A stretch of 64,000 nt of DNA from Pavona decussata (Eukaryota), in assembly GCA_977016875.1 (NCBI GenBank), contig CDRNST010000148.1, forward strand, positions 2,108,001 to 2,172,000. The letters are read 5' to 3'. The notes beneath the pieces were generated by a model that searched no databases, was not told the DNA's origin, and worked only from the letters and a program-made list of their open reading frames with translations. Shown piece after piece: positions 50,801-62,100 of this stretch. A program made the translations under genes and the position numbers. Positions within the stretch are counted from its first letter, which is position 1. Every line of letters starts with the position of its first letter.

Positions 50801-53800
50801 ATCAGTATTTTTCTCCACTAAAAATTGATTTTGCGATAAAATCTGTCTCTTCGATCATGTGCATGGAGCTAGTCATACTTTATCTCGATAAGTGTTCAAG
50901 CCCTTAACACATTTAACCAATAGTTGACCTTACATCTGAGAAGGAAATCAATTTATTAACCAGGAGATATTCACCCAAAGTCACTGAACGCTAAGTTAAA
51001 ACAAAATGGTGGTTCGAACTTTTAAGTGTGCGGATAACTCCTAAAGTATGGTCATTCAAGCACAGTGGCACTGTGTTGTGGTATTTTAGAAGAAAAGCAT
51101 TTTTATTTATTTTTCTTTCCAATCCGATTTGGGACTTCAAGGGAAATGGAAAATTGGCCAGTGAACAATTTTCTCGGCCAATTTTCTCGTCGGCAACTGA
51201 CATACAAACTTTTAAAAATTACTCAAAACTAAGACCACACGCAGCGTGGACAATACGCGATTGACTGCCCTTTCATTGAGGTAATATACACTACAATTTT
51301 AATATAAGTTCTGGTTTGATTTTCAGGAGAGATCTATGGGTGTAGCTCTGCCAGCAAGTTATGAAATCCCTACAAAACCTCGAACACTTTCAGTGAACAA
51401 CACAGCAAATTTGAAGAGCATTCGGTGTGTTGTTTTGGGAAAAGACGGAGTAGGAAAATCAGGTATGTTGAAAAAAACAGGCGTTCATGCCTGTTTGCCT
51501 TCGTTGTTTATGCAGGAAATTTTTAATGAACAAAGGATGTATCGCACAAAAAGGTCACCGATTCATGTAATTGTCATCTCTATTGTTAACAGTCACGTTT
51601 CTCTTACGTAGCCGATGTTCACTTAATGCTTAATTGTTTTACTTTAGACGACAAAGTTTTGCTTTGCAATACGTCTTCACCACTGATAATAAATAAAAGC
51701 AGTTATGGATTTAAAAATAACTCACTCAATAGCGAGATACGAAATTTATTTTCTTTCAAAGATGTATTCACAGTCACTTTGAGAATAACAAAAGTCTTGA
51801 TTTCAACGGAGGGCAGGTGAAAGGTCGCATCGTAGATTAGGTTAATAATCACGTAGAAGACAATTCTAGATCAGTTTATTTTAAAAAATTAAAACTGAAG
51901 TTCTTTCACTTGATCCAGTGGATTAAAAGTCTCAAAATAAAAAAATCTAAACTTGTCAAATATTACCCTGTCAAAGTGGTTGGCCTTGACATTCCAAAAC
52001 ATTCTTGAGTAAAAAGGCGTGCGCCTGAGTCGTTGTGTAAACAGCGGTGAAAACATGTTATACGTGCTCGCACGAAACTGTGCTGTTGTTTACTCGCAAT
52101 AGAGTGCGTCGCTGTTGTACCTACTTCATCACCGGAAAATGTGCTTGAACATAAATAGAAGCATTCTTAGTGGTTGATTCCTCTTTGGAAACTGTCATAG
52201 AACTTGTTTGTGTCTTGTGACAAAAGACGTAATGAGAGAGCGTGTTTGTTTGTTTGAATTGCTTCCGTAAATGGCTAGAATGCTCACGCATACAGAAAAA
52301 CAAACACGCCCAGGAACATTCCACTGAAGAAAAATTCTGATAGGGTTAAAGGGACTCTTTCTGAGAAGGTATTGATAATCGTATTGTTGAACTGAAACTT
52401 CTGTTTTTTACAAGTTTTCAATTCGTTGAATATACTTTGCTTGTTTTCTGAAAATCTTTTAATTTTTTTTTCGCGAACGTTTGTGCTTACTCTTCGGTCC
52501 TGGTCCCACCCAGAGGTTTCTCTCGCAACATGTTAAGCGGATAAAACAGATTGTTAGTTTGCCCCAGAAACTAAGCTTCTAATAAGAAATAAAAAGTGTT
52601 TTATAAAGCGTCACGTCAGTTTGCGTTAACTTGTAACTTACATGTACAAATGCTGGACAACCGGCGTATGCAACCAATGTTATGACCATGCAGCTCCCGT
52701 AGGTTTCGAAAAAGTGCACCTTTGGCCAACCAAAATTATCTGATAGAGTTAATTTGAAGCAGAACAAAATTAGATGTTTGCTTTACACAGTGTCTGAAAT
52801 GCAATCTACAACTGTTCTGTAGTACAGTAATTGCAACCTCGTTCCCAGGGTCCTCTCCTACTCGGCCCCCGTGGCGAGTATGAGAGGACACTGGGAACAG
52901 GGTTGCAGCAATTGATCACAGCAAGATCAAAACTGTGTCTCTTCTTGTTTGTTTGATGTTGTTGTTGTTGTTGTGTTGTTATATTTTAATTATTTTCACT
53001 TTTTTTGATCCCACCATGTAGTGTATCAACACCTGATTTTCTTGTAACTGTCTTTGCAGCTTTCACAGTAAGACTTCTTACAAAACGTTTCATTGGGGAA
53101 TACGACAGTACATTAGGTAAGCGGCAAGTGATGGCAAAGGATGCACACTATTCACGTTTACCATTGTTTTCCATGAGGCTCTTCGGTTTCTGGGAAATCT
53201 AAAAAAAATTTTTTTTTTTGATTGGCTCCCCGGCGGCCAACCGCTGGCCAAAGACCCTGAGAGGACTCTGGGTACGAGATTGGCCTTTGGTGATAGGTTC
53301 GTTCGTTTACAGCTATTTCAATTAACGTTGTCGCATCAAAGTATAAAGCTATAAGACAAGACCTCAAGATTCTGTGGATTCTTTTACGAATAAGTTCATC
53401 AAAATCGGCTATGCCTCGTCCGTCCAGTGAAGATATTCGATCGCGAGCCATTTGGATGAAAGAAACCTTTCACCGCTCGTCTACTATCCTACAACAGTCT
53501 TGTTCTTCCAGTTTTTGATTATGGCGATCTTGTGTGGGGCGACAAGAACAACGTGACTCTTATGAACGCCCTACAGGTTTTGCAGAACAAGGCCGCAAAA
53601 ATTATTCTAGACAGGCCACTTTATTCGTCAGCTACTGATGCCCTGGTAACTTTAAAAGTGGCTGAACCTTGAACAACGTAGATCTTACCATCGTTGTATA
53701 TATATTTACAAGTGCATTAATGGACTTATGGACCACTCTATGAATTTACTAACAAACAGTGACATTCATAATTATAATACAAGGAACAAAGACATGCTCA

Positions 53801-55508
53801 GACTACCCCGTGTTACCAGAAATTGGGGAAAGCAGAGAGTTTGCCATCACTCTCTAAAAGACTGGAATGAACTAGAGAGAGAGACCAGAAATGCGCCGAA
53901 TATTGCTACTTTTAAGCGAAACATGTTTGCCAGGTTTTTTAATTAACCCTATCGGTAAGAATTTTTGTAGTTTTAGCTTTTTTGCTTTTATAATTTTTTT
54001 ATTTTTTATCAATTTGAAGTTTTTAACCCCATCGATGATCATTAAGTCTTTGTAGTTTCAGCTTCTAGTTTGAATTGCTGTTTTTATCATTTTGTAATTT
54101 TGTCTTATATATTGTATTATTTAACCTTTTGTATATTTAATCTTTATAGGACCTTTCTGAAAACCAAATTTAGTGAACGAAAGCTTCCTAATAAAAGATT
54201 ATTATTATTATTATTATTAAATATTAGGATATCAAATGGATGAGGTGGCAGCCTCTTTGAAGATGTCTTTAAGCTTTAAGCTTTGATCCGACAACGTTAA
54301 TTAAAATAGCTGTACAATAATCGTTGCAAAGAAACACCGTAAAAACCAAGAAGAACACACCGGCGCCCCCAACAACACGCTAAGAACTTTTCGTACATTA
54401 TTCCTCTTGCATCTTTATAATGGTACAGTACTCATTAATGTCCTGCATATGTTCATTTATTCAGAGGAAACATATCGTCATCGCGTCGAAGTCGATGGTC
54501 AGAACATTCTGTTGGAAATCTTGGACACTGCAGGGCAAGTAAGTAGAATTAATAAGATTAAGGTCCAGACTTGTTCGCTTCTTGCATTTACGTTTGAGAC
54601 CTCACATACCATATAAAATAACAAGCAAGTAATAAACATATAGCCCTGTAAACTTGATACTCCCTTGCTGATAAGTGATTGCAGTCGGGTACCAAGAATT
54701 TGTATCTCTTCTTTCTATCTAAAAAGTGAAAGTGAGATTTGAAGTACATGATGTAAGAATCTAGCCGTTGGCATTTGTCTCGCTTCTAGCATGATGCACT
54801 TACAGTGCACTTCTAAACAAAAATATTATCTTTGCATCTTCTTCACGCATGTACAGGATTGTTTGGTTTGCGTTTGAGACTGGGTTTCACTCTTTGCTTG
54901 TTGGCGGTTCCTCCTAGATGTATTCGTGTACACATCTTGTGTTTGCGTTTCCAATTTTAAATTCCTTGGCAATTGTACAGATCAGCACATGAAAGCATGT
55001 CATTGCTAAACTGTTTCTTTTTTTTTTTTTTTTAACTTTTCAGAATTCTGTGGAGAAAATCGACGCATGTTCTTCAGGAGACATGGCCGACATGTACTTT
55101 GTACTCTACTCTAACACAGATCGCTCTTCCTTCAAAGAAGCTGTCCTCATCGTCAAATACCTCATGGAGGCAAGAAACATTTCTCAAGCAGCCATATTCT
55201 TAATAGCCACCAAAAAAGACCTTAAATATGAACAAAATGTCACAGAGTACGAGGGAAGATTACTAGCTATGGAATTAGGGTGTGAGTTTTATATCATTTC
55301 TAGTTCAGAGGGGTATGACGGCACCCAGGATGTGCTGCGAGGTTCAGTGAGAGCTACTATGAACAATAAACACTCCAGGGAGAATAACGGCTCAAAATCG
55401 CCACTCATGAGGCGGGTCAAGAACGGACTCAGAAGTAAGACACACTCTCCTGTTGACAGTTCACATTTGCATGTTATTGACACAAGAGAAAGAACTGCTA
55501 CTCTATGA
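44846..55508 (+). CDS. RERG/RASL-like Ras-family small GTPase, paralog B (259 aa predicted); exons 44846-44893, 51327-51462, 53060-53116, 54465-54538, 55044-55508
   Basis: GKDGVGKS, TKRFIGEYDSTLE, DTAGQ, ATKKD. Same 57-nt and 74-nt internal exons as paralogs A and C. First exon MPSWKTRNPKRRQQSV|gtaagt is in phase 0; an alternative start is the ATG at 51336. Confidence 0.88.
47122..47184 (-). ncRNA. Minimal type I hammerhead ribozyme motif (Penelope-like-element type) within a repeat spanning about 47076-47262
   Basis: Minus strand: 17-bp perfect stem I enclosing CUGACCGA-A-GGGC-UAAC-GCUC-GAAA-C-GUC, with palindromic ACGU as stem III. One extra C relative to the CUGANGA consensus. Confidence 0.7.
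48055..48669. mobile_element. Non-autonomous DNA transposon with TTAA TSD (Kolobok-type)
   Basis: TTAA|GGAGGCTC ... GAACCTCC|TTAA. Confidence 0.6.
52833..52906. repeat. Short palindromic MITE-like repeat
   Basis: GCAACCTCGTTCCCAGGGTCCTCTC ... GAGAGGACACTGGGAACAGGGTTGC hairpin. Relatives at about 20654-20958 and 43785-43821. Confidence 0.7.
53308..54314. mobile_element. Palindromic MITE split by a LINE insertion
   Basis: Inverted repeat at 53308-53341 and 54281-54314 (32/34 identical). A single related arm lies at about 14058-14094. Confidence 0.7.
53466..54218 (+). mobile_element. 5'-truncated L2/Crack-group LINE 3' end with (ATT)n tail, in intron 3 of paralog B
   Basis: YNSLVLPVFDYGDLVWG, LQVLQNKAAKIIL, HNYNTR and DWNEL motifs, one frameshift, stop at 53946, AATAAA at 54190, (ATT)7 at 54198-54218. 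Confidence 0.88.
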
Positions 55509-58500
55509 AAAGGAACGAACTTGCAAATATATCATCCAGCAAAAGTTAAAACAGCTGGAAAATGACATCATCTTCGGCTCTTATTACGTCAAGGGATGAC
55601 ATGCGCCTTGTGATCAAGGGGCGTAGCATTGACATCACATGAAATTATCTTGTATTTAGCAAGCTCGCTAGTTTGAACTGAATTGCTTGAAAGAAACGCA
55701 TGCATGCACCAGGGGGCGTGTGTCAATTCTTAGTGTAAAATATACTAGCATTCTATCACGAATCAGCCTGTAATCTGATTGGCCACGATACCTCCTGTTA
55801 TTGTGGTTTATTCTGCGATACTTAATAAGCGGCGAAAAGGTGCTAAGCTCGTGCAATTTTAAACATTAAAATAACTATTCAACTAGTAATCAAGATTTAC
55901 ACTAAAACGAATATACTATTTCGTAATCACTCTAATGGCTTAAACAGACTGTGCATAGGAGCCAATTATATAGCGAGTTTACCAAATATAATCACCCACT
56001 TGGTTATGCTAAAGCCGCGGATTATTGTTAAGGCGTTTAAGATTGACTGTCGAAAGACATAAGCTGCGGAGAAATACTTTTCCCGTGACATTAAACGTTT
56101 TTCTTTCGGTATAAGTTATAATTCTTGAGCTTGGATGACGAGTATTGAGAGTGAATATAGATATATGAATACTATAAAACATTTACTGTAACAACTTACG
56201 CTTCTGTACCTGCATATGTACAGGAATGTAATTGTTCTACTTTATCGTTTGAGCAGTCTTCGAAAAACTTTACCAAGTCATGTTCGGAAGCAACCGAAAT
56301 GTTTTGCGACGAATTTCACCAATGACAGACTCATCTAAGCGAAAACAACAGCCGAAAAAACGTCGTCTGTTAATATATTTAAAATGGTATTTAATCTTTT
56401 TAAATCAGGATGTGAAAAACGTTCTGTAGCCTTGCACACTTTGCAGAACTCAAAAGTGAAATAAAATTGTTCGCCAAACTGGCAACAATAAACAGCCGTA
56501 ACTACTTGTATTATGGAATTATTACTTTTATTAACCACAGAATTTTAGTTCAGAAAGGCTCTTGAATCGTTGTCCTTTATTACCTCAAGTATGACAGTAC
56601 TAAATATCATAGCATTTTTACGAGGACAAAATCTTGTATTTACGTTCCCCCCCCCTCAAAGCTGTTCAAACCAGACTTCAGGAATGGATTGCCAAGTATG
56701 AATTCTGGTTTATAGTTCAGTGTTACCGGGTTTCTGTACATTTTGTTTCCCCTATATTTTTACTTTGGCTGCTTTCGATTCAAACCGTAACTCACAATTA
56801 ATAGCAATAAGAACGTTTTTCAACAGAAGAAACAGGGCCCTCGTCTTTAATTATTTCTCAATATCAACTTGCATGTTCTTCTTAGTGTTCTCCATAAATT
56901 ACTTACTGTACTGTACTGTACTGTTTTATCTTCTCAATTTCGTGGTTACTGATCTCATACTGATTTTCATGACCTGAATGTTTGATTAAGCAGATGTTCT
57001 GTAAGGAGAAAATAGATGTTGGTCACTTTTGGGACTCAGTGGAGAGTTAATCACCGATTTCTACTTTGGAGACAATGTTTATATTGTTGTTGTTGTAGTT
57101 GTTGTATATTTGTTCACCTTTTTTCCCTGTGCAAATGAAAATTTTGGAAAATTGGCCACGTTATGGGTAGAAGTAAAAGCATTAACTGCTATTTAATTAT
57201 TGATGACCTGCTTTTGAAGTTCATCTTAATTTTAGAATGCCGGTAATCTCAAACATCGGTCAAGGCTCAGAACTCCATTAGTGATTTCGCTTATCAATGT
57301 ACCCAATCAAGGAATTAATTACGAATCGATGTTTGCTAAAGAATATCGATGATCGGATCTTTTTTAACTATTTGGGCAAGGAAATTATCACCTCGTTTTA
57401 TAAAAGGCGAACGTATTGAAATGCAAAGAGAAAACAGGCACAAAGTGAAAGCAAGCACACCATATGCCGAAAAAATAACAGCGCGCGCTTAAGAGCACTT
57501 AACTTTCTACGGCATTAATGTTTCTCCTGTAGAAGTCACGTTCTAATGAAGACTAAGAGGTCAGATACCGAGAGATAACACTTCCAAACGAAAACATTTC
57601 ATCACCTTTAATTATAGGTTAGACTGTTATCTCTGGCGAGTTTTCATTTAATTTTTTATTTCTTTTTGCGAAGCCGGCACTCTTATCCAGCCATGCTGCT
57701 TGTTGGCGAATTCTTCGGTTGCGACTGGGTAAATAAATGTATCAATACCTCTCATAAGGACATGAAGAAGAATCCTTTTACTTTGCATATACATGAGTGT
57801 AACATTTGCATATAGCCGACTAATAACAAACGGATAGTAATGCAGAAACTCTCGTGATCGAGCTTTTAATTTTACTATCCACCAACTATCAACTTTAATT
57901 GTAGGTATTAAATATCAAATGTGCTCGTTTGTGGGAGGGTATCAGTTAGAAAGGACTGAACAAGAACTTTCGTGTTTTCCTACCGTATGTCTGAACACAT
58001 TCACATTTTTTGATAGTACGATTTAAATCTACTCTGAGTTTGAGACTGAACTAGCTTTCCACGAAAATTTAATTCTAATTTAGCCTTTGGGTCTGTTGTA
58101 CAAGGTAATTACGTTTGTGGATAAAATTATTTATTTTTTGAATTAAGCTACTGTGTTGTGCTTTGTTGCGACTTGGCATCCTTTCAAAAGTGGTTCTTGC
58201 GTTTGAGTCTGGAAAAATCGAACTAAAAATCAAAGCTTTATAAAGGCGGGTTTACTTCCATTGTTTGAAAATGTAAGAATTAAAACGTTATCTTGCACTG
58301 TGGCACTGTGAGGAATAATCTCTTTTGTGCTCTGATTGCTAATCTAGTTGATTGGGATTAGCGGCGAAGATACAAAACTAGTAAGTTGGTCAGAGGTCAA
58401 CATGCGGCCTGTAGATGTACCGAGTTACAAGCTTCAAGACAGCTTCAGGGCAGGAAGTATTAACCAAAAAACAGCAGCTGAGACTGAGTAGCAGATAAAA

Positions 58501-59130
58501 AGAAATAAAAAGGCACTACTGGCTGATGTCTAACGAATTGAAAAAAAACGGGAACCCGCGGGAAATTGGTTCCTCAATGCGACACCCCTCACTTCACATC
58601 TTCCCCTCCCAATCAATCAATTTAAGAGCCTTGGATTTGCAAGTGTTTGCTTTGTAAATAGCCCAGGGAGGGCCGGATCTTGGCTACAATAAGTTTTGAT
58701 ATTTTTCCATTAAATCGCCGAGGTGAAAAAAGGTCCGATCTGACCTTACAGCCTCAGTATCAATAACAGTCAATTGGATGCGCCGTGCTGCGTACAATAC
58801 GACAATAAACGGAAGAACAAAGAACACTGGTTGTCAGATTTGCTCCTCCAGTTAAACTTGATCAATACACAAGTTGAATGTGTCAGTGATAGAGAGAAAG
58901 ATTTCGGCACCTTTCTAGCACGAAGGCAATTTGCGTTAGCCACAACGAAGAAGGAACAGCTTTCTCGTGACAATTTCATGAGTGGATTGATTCGAATCCA
59001 TACTTGTCGCACTACGTCAGTATAGACCAAGCTTTTTGACTGCAGACAATCCGACTTCCAGAAGGGATTTGCAAGAGAAGATTAATATTTGTCTTTTACT
59101 GTGTTTACATACAAGAATCGCGTGAGTAGA

Positions 59131-62100
59131 ATGGATCGAGGCGAGCACTGTGGAAGACGAATGGTGAGTCCAGCCACAATTAGTTGAGTAAACAGTTTGC
59201 TTAAAAAGCGCTGAAGTTCACTTGATGAACCATTTACTGTAACTGATTTTAACACACACTCAAGCAATTGAAGGTTTATACTTCACAAGGCGTATCAGAC
59301 TACGACATTCACTCAAGCCATTTTGAAATCAGGGAAGAGATCTAATATTGGGCTATCATAATTATGTTTTCTGCGGTTTATTGATCACAATTTTGATGAG
59401 CACCGGCTTGTGCAAAAAGGAAGTGTTCAGAGACAATACAATGTTCCGAAACCACAACTGAAGCACACGTTTTTGGTAATTGCATTAATACTCAGATGGG
59501 TTGTGGCAAGTATAAGGAGCTAACACTTACAAATGCAGTAAGCTGCGGGTGCGTAGAATCATGGGTGTGAATTTGTAGGAGATATAAGTATAATAATGCT
59601 CTCATCATTTTGAAAAAGGAACGATAAACAAGGCAGTGTTTTAATCAAACAAACAACTTTGCGCAAACGAAAACCTGGACGTAAAACCCTTATAGCTTTA
59701 TTTAGTCTACGTAGAGCTAAATGGATGCCACATCGGTATCACAACGTGTGACCTTTGCGTTGGCAAGGTTTGGTGGTCAAGCGTTAGAATACTACAACAA
59801 AAATGCGACGCATGGATTTCCTTGTTTCCTCCAAAATTCATGATTACCGATAACTCTAGCTCCGTCTCACATAAAGTTTCTGTTGACTTAGTCAGAACAT
59901 CTTCTAGGTGTTTTACATACATCTGTAGTCTTCTTGTTTTTTCACTTATTAAATTATTGGAAAGCATTTTAGAACTTTTGCCCAGTTAAATAAAGTTGAT
60001 GTGAATGGATCTTGATTCGAAGGGACTCGTCCGTCGATGTATCCATGCAGTCTTTCATAGCCAAAAACAAAGTGAGTCAAACGTCTGTCAAAATGCCATA
60101 TACTGTCATCGTCGCGTCGCGGCATATGTTGTGACAAGTCAAGAGTAAAGATATTATTACTCGTTGTTTAGTCATTTCCTCAGGACAATGCTGGGAACCT
60201 GTTTAGAAGACAGCGCCATCTTTCTGTAGGATCAGGATCTAATAATAATATTGAAGAAGAGAACAGCAAGATCATTCGAGCCGCTGTCCTCGGCAAAGAC
60301 GGTGTTGGAAAAACAGGTAAGAGGCTAAAATTTCTTAGATTTACAAGACAAAGATCATGAAAACCTAATTCATTCGCAAAAGGGTATACGGAAGTAACGA
60401 ACAAAAATAATATTTACAACGACCTCGGAGTCTATGAGCAAGTTTAAACCCCGATCCAATTTAAGCCCGTTTCTCCTAAAAGCGTTCGTCAGCGTATATT
60501 TATTCAGTGTAACATTTCTACAGGAACTTAGATTGTCAAATGAAGAGAGCTACGTTAGAATTTGCGGGGTTTAAAGATCAATGCTACTGCACTGTGAATG
60601 CAAGTACATGGCGTAGCCGAAAATAGAACTGATGAGAGAGAATCAGTCTAACCTCAAAGCTTGTGTAATTTTACGCGAATGATACTCAACCTCCTTAAAA
60701 TTAAAAAAAAAAACAGCAATTTTTTTTCTACAAATTCATCGCTCCTGAAGACTTCCTTCACGTCAGGCCTTGCAAGTTCTGGAGACTGCACTAATCGAGG
60801 GAAAGTTTGTGCAGTACAATAGTTTTTAAAACGAAAAAGAAAGAAAACAAAACTAATTTGCGTGAGAAATACAGACATACTTACGGCTCTGATCTTAGCT
60901 AGTTAAGCCTATACTTTTTGCGCGCCTTTCATAAATAGACTTTATTTCCTTTAGAAGTAGACCTAAATATTGATGATCAGATTGTTTCGTTATCCTTCCA
61001 GCATAACTTGAAAACCTACAGTCTGCAATAGATAAGAAAATACAGACTAAGATGGAACTAAACGTTTGGCAGTAAACTTAAAATCCTATTTTGCAGTATT
61101 CGCGACAGCATAGAAAGGGTTTGACTGCAAAGACTGTGAAAGGGCCTCTTCTCCATAAAACACAACTGGTTTCAAGCTCGTCTCTACTAGTTTTTGGCTG
61201 TTCTAAACTTAGTTTCTGTTAAAAAAATCGACGCAATAATCTTATCGGGTAACGTAACACAAGCAATGTTATTGTTTTTGTTTTGACTGTTTTCTTTATT
61301 TGACCCTTGTGGGTTTTTGTTCCAGAGACGTGAGCACTAACAACAATTCTTGTAAAATTATATCAGCGTCATAACATTTACAACCTGTTTCCTGTTGTAT
61401 AACATTACTTTTAGTTCATCAATTCTCAAGTGGTTCTCTCTGAATGTTTACGTACCATTGCCAGCGAGAAGCAGTTCAAAGCTTTTTTCTTTTCGTTTAT
61501 GCGATCATAAATACCTGCGTTGTCCTTTACATTGAGCATGCTTATGATATCAGATTGCCAAATAATAGGCGGGACTGTCACGAATGGCGAACTTAATTAA
61601 ACTTGTATGAGGAGAGAAAGATTTGCCGAAATTTCCACCAACTTCGGTGAAATGGTTTTAATTAAGAGCCATTCTGGGACATTTGATTTCGGGCATGCGC
61701 ACAATTTTTGTGAACAAGAAAAACAGAACCAAGAACGCATTAAGGCCAACCTACTATTAATGCAATTTTGAAATGGGTGGTTACCGAAGACCCCCACGCA
61801 TGCGCCTAGGAACAGCGCTGCGGTGAATCATAATTGAAGGCTATTATCTGCCATTAGTGAAGGCCTTAGTGAAGATCAAAGTGTAATTGATGATTATCGC
61901 GTTATATTCACAAAATGATATTTAATTACACCTGGTATTTTGTACTTTTTTATTTCCTGATTGTCAGCGTTTACAGTGCGACTGCTGACCCGGCGGTTTA
62001 TTGGTGACTACGATGGAACTCTGGGTAAGCTGAATGATGAGATAGTGTTAAGTTTCTTAAGAGTTAGCAAGCGCTGGCGACCAAACTTATATAAAGCGGA

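Noticed and set aside
53158-53465. Possible 5' inversion (twin priming) of the intronic LINE
   Set aside because: The reverse-strand translation has no RT similarity I can recognise, and the segment partly matches the palindromic MITE arm
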